Assembly: GCA_051117555.1 (NCBI GenBank)
Contig: JBNPEG010000141.1
Location: 1 to 40,141, forward strand
Source: Elainellaceae cyanobacterium
GTDB taxonomy: Bacteria > Cyanobacteriota > Cyanobacteriia > CAZCXK01
DNA length: 40,141 nt
Direction: 5' to 3'
Position numbers and translations under genes: made by a program. Below, piece by piece: positions 19,124 to 29,072 of this stretch (position 1 is its first letter; every line of letters starts with the position of its first letter). A model generated the notes under the pieces. That model was not told the DNA's origin. It saw only the letters and a program-made list of their open reading frames with translations, and did not search any database.

Positions 19124-19241
19124 CCGGCAAATTGATTCAGCCGTTCCGGGCAATCCAATCCCCTAGCTCGATAAGCATTAAAGATTCAGAAATGGAGATA
19201 TGATGCTTCCATTGACTTGGAAATTGGATCTGAGTTAGGCC

Positions 19242-19724
19242 ATGCAATTCTCGCCAGCTACGCCTCATCATTCGTCAACTGCTCTAACGTTGGTCCGCCG
19301 ATGTGCGGCTGCTCCAGAGATTGAGGTTGCTTTTACCCTATCGCTGACGGCTGACGACCGGGGGCGATCGCGCCACTACTTTGAATCGGTTGAAGGACAT
19401 CCGCTCTATCTGAATCTGCCCAGAGGCACCCTGCTTCGCCACGGTGATGTGTTGGAAGCCGATGGCGATCAGCGGCGCGTCCGGGTGATTGCAAAGCCCG
19501 AGCCCGTGATGATTGTAACGGGAGAAACGTCCCTCGACCTGCTCCGGGCTGCCTATCATTTAGGCAACCGCCACGTTGCTCTTGAGCTAGCGGTCAATGA
19601 CATTCGGCTCGCTCCTGACCCAGTCCTAAAGACCATGCTTGAACAACTCGGTTTGCAGGTCGTCGAGGATGTCACTCCATTTCACCCCGAAGCGGGAGCC
19701 TATGGACATCTCCACACCCACTAA
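19242..19724 (+). CDS. ureE: Urease accessory protein UreE
   Basis: [25 protein letters not shown] and a C-terminal [14 protein letters not shown]is tail. Confidence 0.96.
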   Translation: MQFSPATPHHSSTALTLVRRCAAAPEIEVAFTLSLTADDRGRSRHYFESVEGHPLYLNLPRGTLLRHGDVLEADGDQRRVRVIAKPEPVMIVTGETSLDLLRAAYHLGNRHVALELAVNDIRLAPDPVLKTMLEQLGLQVVEDVTPFHPEAGAYGHLHTH

Positions 19725-20433
19725 TTCTCCATCGCCTTCTTCATCGCTCTTGTATCTGCTGCAATTGGCAAGCCCTACCTTGCCAGTGGGCGCATATAGT
19801 TACTCTGAAGGGCTAGAGTTCTTATCTCAAACGGGCACGCTGAGCAGTCATCACGAGTTAGTTCACTGGCTTTCTCACGAGATGAGATACGGGACGATTC
19901 GCATTGAGGCAGCGGTGTTGCGACGCGCGTATGACAGCGCCGTCGCTCAAGACGTGGGTCAATTAAAGTATTGGAATGCGTGGCTGTCTGCCGTGCGAGA
20001 AACGGAGGAGCTACGTCAACAAAGCTGGCAAATGGGACGCGCCCTATCGCGTCTGCTAGCGGATATACAGTCTGACATGCAGCCAATGCTCAACGCCTGC
20101 GGGGAGCCGTGTAATTTTGCGATCGCCTTTGCCGTTGCCGCCGCTCATTGGAACATTGACTGCAAATCATCTCTCCTCGGCTATTTGCACAGTTGGGCGA
20201 GCAATCTCATCAATGCTGGGGTTCGCTTGATTCCCTTAGGGCAAACCATCGGGCAAACGGTGCTCGTGCAGCTATATCCCCACCTTGAGCAGACCGTCGA
20301 TGAGATACTGATTCCTGCAGATGATGATGCAGATGATGATGATGCAGATGATGACTTAAAAGGCTGCGGATGGGGGGTGGCGATCGCCAGCATGAACCAC
20401 GAAACTCTCTACTCTCGACTGTTTCGAAGCTGA
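19702..20433 (+). CDS. ureF: Urease accessory protein UreF
   Basis: [32 protein letters not shown] and [11 protein letters not shown]. Likely start ATG 19702, overlapping ureE. Confidence 0.96.
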   Translation: MDISTPTNSPSPSSSLLYLLQLASPTLPVGAYSYSEGLEFLSQTGTLSSHHELVHWLSHEMRYGTIRIEAAVLRRAYDSAVAQDVGQLKYWNAWLSAVRETEELRQQSWQMGRALSRLLADIQSDMQPMLNACGEPCNFAIAFAVAAAHWNIDCKSSLLGYLHSWASNLINAGVRLIPLGQTIGQTVLVQLYPHLEQTVDEILIPADDDADDDDADDDLKGCGWGVAIASMNHETLYSRLFRS

Positions 20434-20488
20434 GGCAAACCACGATTTTTTAGAGCATTAATTTCCTACACGCATGAATGGGGACACT

Positions 20489-21124
20489 ATGAACGCATTT
20501 CGAGTTGGGGTGGCAGGTCCGGTTGGGTCTGGAAAAACGGCCTTGGTTGATGCGCTCTGCAAAGCGCTTCGAGAGACGTACAGCATTGCCGTCGTCACCA
20601 ATGACATCTACACCCAAGAAGATGCGCAGTTTTTGGTGCGTAGCCAAGCCCTATCGAGCGATCGCATTCGAGGGGTTGAAACCGGAGGCTGTCCGCATAC
20701 TGCCATTCGAGAAGATGCATCGATCAACCTCGTGGCGATCGAAGACCTCGAACGGCAGTTTACCGATCTAGACCTCGTGCTGGTTGAAAGCGGAGGAGAC
20801 AACCTCGCAGCAACATTCAGCCCCGAACTGGTTGATCTCACCCTGTATGTCATCGACGTGGCGGCTGGCGATAAAATTCCCCGCAAGGGAGGACCCGGAA
20901 TTACCAAGTCCGATTTGCTCGTCATCAACAAAATCGATCTGGCACCCACAGTCGGCGCTGATCTCGGCGTTATGGAGCGCGACACGAAAAAAATGCGCGG
21001 CGACAAACCGTTTGTCTTCTCAAATCTCAAAACTCAGGACGGGTTGGCTCAGATTATTCAATTCATAGCACTCCACATGAATCCTAAGGCACAATCGGGC
21101 GATCGCAATCGAGCGTTTCTGTAG
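20489..21124 (+). CDS. ureG: Urease accessory GTPase UreG
   Basis: GPVGSGKT P-loop, ETGGCPH, ESGGDNL and NKID. Confidence 0.98.
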   Translation: MNAFRVGVAGPVGSGKTALVDALCKALRETYSIAVVTNDIYTQEDAQFLVRSQALSSDRIRGVETGGCPHTAIREDASINLVAIEDLERQFTDLDLVLVESGGDNLAATFSPELVDLTLYVIDVAAGDKIPRKGGPGITKSDLLVINKIDLAPTVGADLGVMERDTKKMRGDKPFVFSNLKTQDGLAQIIQFIALHMNPKAQSGDRNRAFL

Positions 21125-21171
21125 AGCGTTTCTATAGAAAGTTAACAAACTTATTGTTTGAGAGGCGTTTT

Positions 21172-21213
21172 GTATCTTAGAACACATTTCTCATGTGATC
21201 CAAGTCATAATAT
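21172..21213 (+). promoter_or_regulatory. NtcA-activated promoter of urtABCDE
   Basis: GTA-tcttagaa-CAC (21172-21185), 22 nt, then TAATAT (21208-21213). urt operons are established NtcA targets. Confidence 0.8.
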
Positions 21214-21280
21214 CTCTCCGTAATTGAAAAAAATGCGTTGAATTTTAAGCCCGCCTCTCAAGCGAGGAGTTTTGAACTAC

Positions 21281-22594
21281 ATGACACGATTATTTGGTCG
21301 ACGGAAATTTTTGATCTACGGTTCTGCAGCGTTGGGAACCAGCATTCTGTTGAAAGCATGTGCGAGCGACGGTGGGGATGAAACAGCAGATGCCACCGCT
21401 GACGATGCCGCAGCATCGGGTGATAGCGATACCATCAAAGTTGGTATCCTCCACTCTCTCAGTGGCACGATGGCGATCAGCGAGACGACCGTAGTAGATG
21501 CCGAGGAGCTAGCAATCAAGGAAATCAACGATGCGGGTGGCATCCTCGGCAGGCAGATCGAAGTGATCAAAGAAGATGGTGCGTCAGACTGGGATACGTT
21601 TGCTGAAAAAGCCGAAAAGCTGATTGACCAAGACGGTGTTGTAACCATTTTTGGGTGCTGGACATCTGCTAGTCGTAAAGCCGTTCTTCCTGTGTTTGAA
21701 TCGAAGGATCACATGCTGTGGTATCCGGTTCAATACGAAGGACAAGAATGCTCGAAGAATATTTTCTACACCGGAGCGGCTCCCAACCAGCAAATCGAGC
21801 CCGCCGTCCAGTGGCTCATGGACAATAAGGGGACTCAATTCTTTTTGGTGGGGTCTGATTATGTGTTCCCTCGTACAGCCAATACCATCATCAAAGAGCA
21901 GCTTGCCGCCATTGGTGGAGAAGTCGTTGGAGAAGACTATTTGCCGCTAGGCGATACGGAAGTTACGTCCATTATTTCCAAGATTCGCTCTGCTTTGCCA
22001 GAGGGGGGCGTGATCTTCAACAGCCTCAACGGTGACAGCAACGTGGCCTTCTTCAAGCAGATGCAAGGCGCGGGTCTAGGCCCTGACCAATATCCGATCA
22101 TGTCGGTCAGTGTGGCAGAAGAAGAAGTTCGTCAGATTGGACCCGAGTTTTTGGTCGATCACTACGCAGCATGGAACTACTTCCAGACTGTTGAGACGCC
22201 TGAGAACGAAAAGTGGGTATCCGACTTCAAGGCTGAATATGGGGAAGATCGAGTTACGAACGACCCCATGGAAGCTGCTTACATCATGGTTTACATCTGG
22301 AAGCAAGCAGTTGAGCAAGCGGGAACAGCCGATGACCTAGAGGCCGTGCGGATGGCAGCCTATGGTCAAGAGTTTGCTGCGCCGGAAGGACCTGTGACGA
22401 TGAACGCAAATCATCACCTATCAAAGACCGTTCGGATTGGTCAGGTGAGAGATGATGGTTTATTTGACATCGTTTGGTCTACTGAAGGACCGATTGATCC
22501 GCAACCTTGGAACCAATATGTGCCTGAAACAGAAGGGCTAGCCTGCGACTGGTCAGATCCCAGCAAGGGTGGTCAGTACGAGGTAGAGAGCTAG
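21281..22594 (+). CDS. urtA: Urea ABC transporter substrate-binding lipoprotein
   Basis: Twin-arginine lipoprotein signal (GRRKFL...LLKAC), KVGILHSLSGTMAISE, FGCWTSASRKAV and YPVQYEGQE. Confidence 0.97.
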   Translation: MTRLFGRRKFLIYGSAALGTSILLKACASDGGDETADATADDAAASGDSDTIKVGILHSLSGTMAISETTVVDAEELAIKEINDAGGILGRQIEVIKEDGASDWDTFAEKAEKLIDQDGVVTIFGCWTSASRKAVLPVFESKDHMLWYPVQYEGQECSKNIFYTGAAPNQQIEPAVQWLMDNKGTQFFLVGSDYVFPRTANTIIKEQLAAIGGEVVGEDYLPLGDTEVTSIISKIRSALPEGGVIFNSLNGDSNVAFFKQMQGAGLGPDQYPIMSVSVAEEEVRQIGPEFLVDHYAAWNYFQTVETPENEKWVSDFKAEYGEDRVTNDPMEAAYIMVYIWKQAVEQAGTADDLEAVRMAAYGQEFAAPEGPVTMNANHHLSKTVRIGQVRDDGLFDIVWSTEGPIDPQPWNQYVPETEGLACDWSDPSKGGQYEVES

Positions 22595-22689
22595 GTCTAG
22601 ATCCAAATGATGTCAGCGGGGATAAGGGATTGGATCGTTGCTCCTTTTTCTTATCCCCAATCTTTTATGAGCTTGAGAAGGGGACGGAT

Positions 22690-23880
22690 GTGTTTATAGA
22701 GTGGCTGCTCGATGTCATCTTTAACGGGATTAATACGGGTTCAGTATTACTGATTGCAGCATTGGGGCTAGCAATCGTTTTTGGTCTCATGGGTGTAATT
22801 AATCTGGCTCACGGCGAATTAATGATGCTCGGTGCATATGCCACGTTCGTCGTCCAGGCCAGCTTCAAAAACTATTTAGAACCCCTCTCAGACTTTTATA
22901 TTTTTGCAGCGCTACCCGTTGCGTTTGTAGTTGCAGCATTGGTGGGCTTGCTGTTAGAGCGGACTGTGGTTCGATTCCTATATGGGCGTCCCCTCGAAAC
23001 TCTCTTGGCAACGTGGGGAGTCAGCTTAATTCTGATTCAATTTGTTCGCAGCGTGAACACAGCGATGGTGATTGGTATTGCCCTCTTCTGCCTGCTGTTT
23101 TGGGGCGGGCAATGGATGCTCAAACGCGTTGCCAATCGACAGGGAATTCAAAATTGGGCGATCGCCATTCTGTCAATCTTGTCGATTGGCATTGCCCTCA
23201 CAGCAGGCATGCTGCTCAATCGAGCCGATCAAGCCCTGCTTAGTGACGAGTGGTTTGGTCCCCAAAACATCAGTGTCTCAAGCCCGAGCTGGCTGACAAG
23301 TCAGGTTTCGTTTGGAACGACGCTCGTATTTCCCTACACTCGCTTGTTTATCATTGGGCTAACCGTTGTGTGCGTTGCCGGAATTTATTGGTTCTTGAAC
23401 GGTACGTCGTGGGGCTTAAAAATTCGTTCTGTCACCCAAAATCGAAACATGAGCGCCTGTCTAGGAATTCCGACTCAAAAAGTAGATGCGATTACGTTTG
23501 CTCTGGGCTCGGGGTTGGCGGGCATTGCCGGATGCGCAATCACCCTGCTAGGGCCTGTGGGACCCAATATCGGCGGTAGCTACATCGTCGACGCATTTAT
23601 GGTGGTTGTGGTCGGAGGAGTTGGCAAATTGGTTGGCAGCATCGTCGCAGCCCTGGCAATTGGTACGTTTAGCTACTTAATTGGGTCAGGGAAAATGCTG
23701 CTATTGATCTTGCCCGCCATTCAAGCAGGCGCAACCTGGTTAACACCGCTACAACAGTTTTTTGAATTTTTTGCCCAATCAAGCATGGCAAAGGTCTTGG
23801 TTTTTGCGCTAATTATCGCGTTTCTTCAGGTGCGTCCCGGAGGAATGTTTCCCCAGAAAGGTCGAACAGTGGATGCTTAA
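22690..23880 (+). CDS. urtB: Urea ABC transporter permease
   Basis: GLMGVINLAHGELMMLGAY, LYGRPLETLLATWG and RPGGMFPQKGR. Likely GTG start 22690. Confidence 0.96.
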   Translation: MFIEWLLDVIFNGINTGSVLLIAALGLAIVFGLMGVINLAHGELMMLGAYATFVVQASFKNYLEPLSDFYIFAALPVAFVVAALVGLLLERTVVRFLYGRPLETLLATWGVSLILIQFVRSVNTAMVIGIALFCLLFWGGQWMLKRVANRQGIQNWAIAILSILSIGIALTAGMLLNRADQALLSDEWFGPQNISVSSPSWLTSQVSFGTTLVFPYTRLFIIGLTVVCVAGIYWFLNGTSWGLKIRSVTQNRNMSACLGIPTQKVDAITFALGSGLAGIAGCAITLLGPVGPNIGGSYIVDAFMVVVVGGVGKLVGSIVAALAIGTFSYLIGSGKMLLLILPAIQAGATWLTPLQQFFEFFAQSSMAKVLVFALIIAFLQVRPGGMFPQKGRTVDA

Positions 23881-23889
23881 GGAGATGGC

Positions 23890-25092
23890 ATGGCCGTAGA
23901 GACAGTGGGTAGAATTCAACGACTCAAGCAGCATCAACGGCGATCGCTCCTGGTCGAAGCAGGGCTGATTCTGGTAATTGCTGCCGTGCTAATTTTCATC
24001 ATGCCTGCTCTCCTGTCCGAGTTTCGCCTCAATCTACTGGGCCGATTTTTGGCGTTGGCAATTGCCGCGCTGGGGATTGACCTGATTTGGGGATATACGG
24101 GGTTGCTCAGCTTGGGGCATGGCATCTTTTTTGCGCTGGGCGGTTATGCCCTGGCAATGCACATCAAGCTTCAGCTTCCAGAGGGGCAAATTCCTGAGTT
24201 TTTTAGGCTCTATGGGGTCGATGAGTTGCCCTGGTTTTGGGCTCCGTTTCACTCATTTCCGTTCACGGCGATCGCCTTGTTTACTATCCCGGCGATCGCG
24301 GCGGGGCTGCTCGGCTATTTAGTGTTTCGCAACCGCATTCGAGGCGTCTATTTCTCGATCTTGACCCAAGCGGCACTGGTTGTCTTTTTCAATTTTTTCA
24401 ACAGTCAGCAAGAACTGTTTGATGGCACGAATGGTCTTAAAACCAATACTGACCAAATCTTTGGAATTCCAGCCGGGTCTGATAGAGCGCAATTCGCTTT
24501 CTATGTCGCGACAGTGATTGCGTTGGCGCTGATGTATGTGCTGTGCCGCTGGCTGACGAGCGGGCGCTTTGGGCGAGTCCTCGTTGCCATTCGCGATGAT
24601 GAGAGTCGGATGCGGTTTTCGGGCTATAACCCAGCCCTGTTTAAGGTGTTGGTGTTTACTATATCGGGGGCGATCGCTGGAATTGCTGGAGCCCTATACA
24701 CCGTGCAATCCGGCATCATTTCTCCGGAGCAAATGTCAATTGGACGATCCATTGAAATGGTGATTTGGGTCGCTGTGGGAGGACGAGCGACGCTGGTGGG
24801 GCCGATTTTTGGTGCAGTGCTAGTCAACTTTGCTGGAAGCCTCCTCAGCGAGAATTTTCCCGAATTCTGGCTGTTTTTTCAAGGCGCATTGTTCCTGATT
24901 GTGGTCACCGTTCTACCCGACGGCATTATCGGTTGGTTGCGGTTTCGAGCGGTCAATCAGGTTCGCGCCCTGATCAATCAAGTAAACCCCAAGCAGACCT
25001 ATCCCAGTCTTGACCCCGATCCTGACGTTGACCCAGAGCGTCAAAATCTTGATGCAGAGGTAAATCGTGAACGACAAAATCTTAGACATTGA
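23890..25092 (+). CDS. urtC: Urea ABC transporter permease
   Basis: DLIWGYTGLLSLGHG, RIRGVYFSILTQA and SIEMVIWVAVGGR. Confidence 0.96.
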   Translation: MAVETVGRIQRLKQHQRRSLLVEAGLILVIAAVLIFIMPALLSEFRLNLLGRFLALAIAALGIDLIWGYTGLLSLGHGIFFALGGYALAMHIKLQLPEGQIPEFFRLYGVDELPWFWAPFHSFPFTAIALFTIPAIAAGLLGYLVFRNRIRGVYFSILTQAALVVFFNFFNSQQELFDGTNGLKTNTDQIFGIPAGSDRAQFAFYVATVIALALMYVLCRWLTSGRFGRVLVAIRDDESRMRFSGYNPALFKVLVFTISGAIAGIAGALYTVQSGIISPEQMSIGRSIEMVIWVAVGGRATLVGPIFGAVLVNFAGSLLSENFPEFWLFFQGALFLIVVTVLPDGIIGWLRFRAVNQVRALINQVNPKQTYPSLDPDPDVDPERQNLDAEVNRERQNLRH

Positions 25093-25828
25093 GAATCTAA
25101 CTGTCAGCTTTGATGGCTTCAAGGCGCTCAATCAGCTCAATTTCAGCATGGATGTTGGAGAGCTGAGGGTCATTATTGGTCCTAACGGAGCCGGAAAAAC
25201 TACCTTTCTCGACGTTATTACGGGCAAAGTGAAGCCGACAACCGGGCGCGTCTGCTTTCAAGGGAAAAATCTGCGCTCATTTTCTGAGCATGAGATTGCC
25301 CGCATGGGGATTGGGCGGAAGTTTCAAACGCCGCGCGTCTATCTCAATTTGACGCCAAGAGAAAATTTAGAATTATCGGGTAATCGCAACAAAAACGTGT
25401 TTTCCACACTCTTGAGAAAACCTCCGTCAGCCGAGCGACGAACGGTTACAGGCTTACTCGAAACCATTGGTCTAACGGCAAAAGCAGATATTGCAGCAGG
25501 TCTGTTATCCCACGGTGAGAAGCAGTGGCTCGAAATTGGCATGTTAGTGGCTCAGTCTCCCGATTTGCTACTGGTTGACGAACCCGTTGCCGGGATGACC
25601 GATGAAGAGACTGCTCAAACGGGTGATTTACTCGTATCGCTGGCAGAGAGTCATTCCATCATCGTAATCGAGCACGACATGGAGTTTGTGCGTCAGATTG
25701 CTAGAACAGTCACCGTTCTCCATGAAGGCTCGTTGCTCTGTGAAGGCAGCATTGAAGAAGTCCAAGACAACCCCAGAGTCATCGAGGTGTATTTGGGCGA
25801 CCCTGATGCTGGCGATGTAGCTGCATAA
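25067..25828 (+). CDS. urtD: Urea ABC transporter ATP-binding protein
   Basis: GPNGAGKT, GIGRKFQTP, LSHGEKQWLEIGM and LLVDEP. Confidence 0.96.
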   Translation: MNDKILDIENLTVSFDGFKALNQLNFSMDVGELRVIIGPNGAGKTTFLDVITGKVKPTTGRVCFQGKNLRSFSEHEIARMGIGRKFQTPRVYLNLTPRENLELSGNRNKNVFSTLLRKPPSAERRTVTGLLETIGLTAKADIAAGLLSHGEKQWLEIGMLVAQSPDLLLVDEPVAGMTDEETAQTGDLLVSLAESHSIIVIEHDMEFVRQIARTVTVLHEGSLLCEGSIEEVQDNPRVIEVYLGDPDAGDVAA

Positions 25829-25874
25829 CACTTGGCGCGTGAAATTTGCCGCGTGAAACTTAAGGAAAATCATC

Positions 25875-26639
25875 ATGGCTCAAGCAACTGATTCAATTTT
25901 GCCTCCTGGTGTCGACGGGTCGGCATCGCGGCTGACCCTCGAAGTGAAGGGAATCAACGTCTACTATGGTGAAAGCCATATCCTTCGAAACGTCGATCTG
26001 AGCGTGCCGTCCGGGGAAATGATTTGCCTGATTGGGCGCAACGGAGTCGGCAAAACAACCCTGCTTAAAACCGTGATGGGATTACTTCGACCCCGCAGCG
26101 GCCTAGTCAAATTTGATGGAAACGCGATCACCCACCAATCGCCCGATCAACGGGCTCGTCTGGGTATTGGGTATGTGCCGCAAGGACGAGAAATTATTCC
26201 ACGACTCACGGTTAAAGAAAATTTGCTGCTGGGTCTAGAGGCGCGACCCAAGGGAATTTCGACTAAGAATCAAGCAATACCCGACGAGATTCTTGACCTG
26301 TTTCCGGTGCTAAGATCAATGCTATCTCGGATGGGAGGTGACCTCAGCGGCGGACAACAACAGCAGTTGGCGATCGCCCGTGCCTTGATGGGGAAGCCTC
26401 GTTTGCTCGTGCTCGATGAACCGACAGAGGGCATTCAACCCTCCATCATTCTAGATATCGAACGCGCTGTCCGACATATTATTGAGTCGACGGGCATCTC
26501 TGTACTGCTGGTCGAACAGCACCTTCATTTTGTTCGTCAGGCTGACTACTACTACGCCATGCAAAAAGGCGAAATTGTTGCATCGGGCTCAACCGATGAG
26601 CTGAGTAATGATGTGGTTCAACGATTCCTCGCTGTGTAG
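25875..26639 (+). CDS. urtE: Urea ABC transporter ATP-binding protein
   Basis: GRNGVGKT, LSGGQQQQLAIARAL and LDEPTEGIQPSI. Confidence 0.96.
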   Translation: MAQATDSILPPGVDGSASRLTLEVKGINVYYGESHILRNVDLSVPSGEMICLIGRNGVGKTTLLKTVMGLLRPRSGLVKFDGNAITHQSPDQRARLGIGYVPQGREIIPRLTVKENLLLGLEARPKGISTKNQAIPDEILDLFPVLRSMLSRMGGDLSGGQQQQLAIARALMGKPRLLVLDEPTEGIQPSIILDIERAVRHIIESTGISVLLVEQHLHFVRQADYYYAMQKGEIVASGSTDELSNDVVQRFLAV

Positions 26640-26663
26640 ATTAGGAGAATTGCTGAATGAAGG

Positions 26664-26693
26664 TAGCGAGGCGTAGCATGTATCGCCTCGCTA
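26664..26693. terminator. Hairpin between convergent urtE and the histidine kinase gene
   Basis: 10-bp stem tagcgaggcg/cgcctcgcta; no strong U-tract. Confidence 0.45.
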
Positions 26694-26737
26694 GCGTGAA
26701 CCCACTGCCTTCAGCGTGATTGGCAGATAGCTTGTGT

Positions 26738-28177
26738 CTACGCCTCCGGTAGCCAGAGTACAAAGGCAGTGCCCGGATAGTCTTTCGTCCCCCACTCGTG
26801 AGCCAATCCGGCAACTAACTCACTGGTTCGGGCAGGGCTAAACACCTGGATTTCGCCATTCATTTGGGTGACTAGATTTTGAGCGATCGCCAGCCCCAAT
26901 CCACTCCCTTGGATATCTCCTGTCCCCTGCACGCCCCGATAGTGGCGCTCAAAAATGTGATCTAAATCGCTTCTTGGAATGCCAGGCCCCGTGTCGGCAA
27001 TCACAATGGCTTGTTTTTGGGCTTGCCGAATGCCAGCCCAGATTTCGATAGTGCCGCCTGCGGGCGTATATTTCAGCGCATTGTCGATCAGATTATTGAG
27101 AACTTCTCGAAGTGCTTGAATATCGGCTTGGACGGGTGGCAAATCTGATGGAGCAAACGTTTGCAAATCAATCTCTCGCTCTTGGGCGATCGCGGCTGCC
27201 GAGAGGGCGAGAGGTTCTAATACCTCCAAAATAAAACAGGGCTTAATCTGAAGTGATGACCCCGCTAAACCGCCGTTTCCTGGCAGTAATAGCGGAGACG
27301 GGGGCGCTGATGCGGCTGAGGCTGGCGAATCAGATGATGCATCAATAGAGGCTGACCAGGTGATCGGCTCATCGTCAGACGTATCTGAGGGCAGCAGATG
27401 ATGATCTCCCCAACTGACTGCTACATCGAACTGCTTGAGCAAATCTTGGAGGCGATCGCTCTCTCGAACAATACCTTCTGCCACATCAAGGCTTTTATCC
27501 TCAGGGCTGAGTCGTTTCATAAGCAGCTTCCCAAACGTCCGCAGTGCCGTTAGCGGATTCCGAAACTGATGGAGCAAATCATGAAATAGATCGTGTTGTT
27601 GAGCCTGCAACATTTGCTGTTGATGCAGCTCATGCTCTAACCACTGTGATTGCTGGTCTAATACGCAGGCGATCGCAATGGTCTGGGCAATATGCTCAAT
27701 CTGAAACTGTTCTCCTTCACTCCAATCCCGATCAGATCGCGCGGTCACCAATAGCCCGACCATCAGATCTTCATGAATCAATGGCACCGCAATTTGGCGA
27801 TTGGATTGTGAAATCCACCGTGCTTCAATCGACGTTTGTGAACCTGTCTCGTGGGGTGGCTTCTGTTGATTGGTCTGAGACGCCGGCAAGGCAGGCAACC
27901 CATTTTGAGCAGTAGACTCTTGCCAATTTGACGGCAATAACTGGGCAATCTGCGACGATTGACGGATTTCTTTGACAGCCGGGGAAAGCATTTTTCCTGC
28001 GTCCCAATTCATCGCCGCTTCCGGATATGCCACCACCGGAGTGAGACGTGCGTCTTCACCGTCAGACGATTCTTCCGTCAAATAAATGATGCCCAACGAT
28101 GCTCCGAGCCCTCGTTTCAACAGGTTAATCTGCGTCTGGCAAAGATTCACAAATTTAGAGCTAGCAGGCTTTAGCAT
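26738..28177 (-). CDS. hik2: GAF-domain sensor histidine kinase, Hik2/CSK-like
   Basis: N-terminus MLKPASSKFVNLC...GLGASLGIIYLTE resembles cyanobacterial Hik2; H-box DLLHQFRNPLTALRTFGKLL; N-box NLIDNALKY; G-boxes DTGPG and GSGLGL. Confidence 0.82.
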   Translation of the reverse strand: MLKPASSKFVNLCQTQINLLKRGLGASLGIIYLTEESSDGEDARLTPVVAYPEAAMNWDAGKMLSPAVKEIRQSSQIAQLLPSNWQESTAQNGLPALPASQTNQQKPPHETGSQTSIEARWISQSNRQIAVPLIHEDLMVGLLVTARSDRDWSEGEQFQIEHIAQTIAIACVLDQQSQWLEHELHQQQMLQAQQHDLFHDLLHQFRNPLTALRTFGKLLMKRLSPEDKSLDVAEGIVRESDRLQDLLKQFDVAVSWGDHHLLPSDTSDDEPITWSASIDASSDSPASAASAPPSPLLLPGNGGLAGSSLQIKPCFILEVLEPLALSAAAIAQEREIDLQTFAPSDLPPVQADIQALREVLNNLIDNALKYTPAGGTIEIWAGIRQAQKQAIVIADTGPGIPRSDLDHIFERHYRGVQGTGDIQGSGLGLAIAQNLVTQMNGEIQVFSPARTSELVAGLAHEWGTKDYPGTAFVLWLPEA

Positions 28178-28561
28178 GGAACGTGAGGTCGTCAAAGCAA
28201 CTCGGCATGCGGTTGTGAAAGTGAATCAGTAAAAGCGCAACGCTCGCTCCAGGTAAGTCAACCATACGACTGCGGAAGTACATTATTCAAGCAATCCATC
28301 GTAGTGTTTAGCCCCGCGAGCTGTCACTATGAGCCAGATTAAAAAAAAGTAAACGATTATTCCTCTACTAATGGGTCAGGATTAGCACCGATTCGAGACC
28401 ATTTAGCTGGATTTGCTACAATACAGCCGTCAACGATGTCTGTTACAAAAATTATAGTCTTGAGACATATCTCTTAACTCGATCAGGGGCAAATCACCCC
28501 GACAATATAGAGAAGTAGTACTTTAACAGTTTAAGACTTTGTGTAGAAAGATTAAAGGAAG

Positions 28562-28624
28562 TTGAAATTCTGAATTTAACCCGATATACTTCTCACGGTT
28601 TCCATATTTTGTAGCTATGACTAC
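28562..28624 (+). promoter_or_regulatory. Sigma70-type promoter with a downstream perfect NtcA box
   Basis: TTGAAA (28562-28567), 17 nt, TATACT (28585-28590); then GTA-gctatgac-TAC at 28611-28624. Confidence 0.7.
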
Positions 28625-28654
28625 ATCTACCGATGAAGAGAGGAGGTAAGGAGG

Positions 28655-28966
28655 TTGGCAAGAAGACGTAAGCGGAAGAGTCGTCGTCGTTTGGAGGGGC
28701 GCAGAATCCTAGAACAAGTCCCTCAGTATAGCATCGAGAGTGGTGAAGATAAGCCCGTCACAGCAGCACGGAAGTTTATCCATTCCGAAGGAATTGCGCC
28801 ACCAGCGCTTTTACTCGTCAAGCGAAATGAGCATACGACGGATCGATACTTTTGGGCAGAAAAAGGGCTTTTCGGCGCCCAATATGTTGAAGAAAATCAC
28901 TTTTTGTTTCCGAGTCTTCAATTTGAAGATGAGGAAGAAGTGTCTCTGTCAGTTCGAGGCAGTTAA
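28655..28966 (+). CDS. DUF3155-family conserved cyanobacterial protein
   Basis: MARRRKRKSRRR.EGRRILE...KPVTAARKFI...RNEHTTDRYFWAEKGLFGAQY; TTG start after GGAGG. Confidence 0.88.
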   Translation: MARRRKRKSRRRLEGRRILEQVPQYSIESGEDKPVTAARKFIHSEGIAPPALLLVKRNEHTTDRYFWAEKGLFGAQYVEENHFLFPSLQFEDEEEVSLSVRGS

Positions 28967-29072
28967 AATTCAACACATTGTCTCTTAGCAAGGTGGCTGA
29001 CGTATTCTCAACAAAGTCAATGGGTTTTGTGAGCAATATATTTAACTTGAATTGATGGAGTAAATTGATGGA

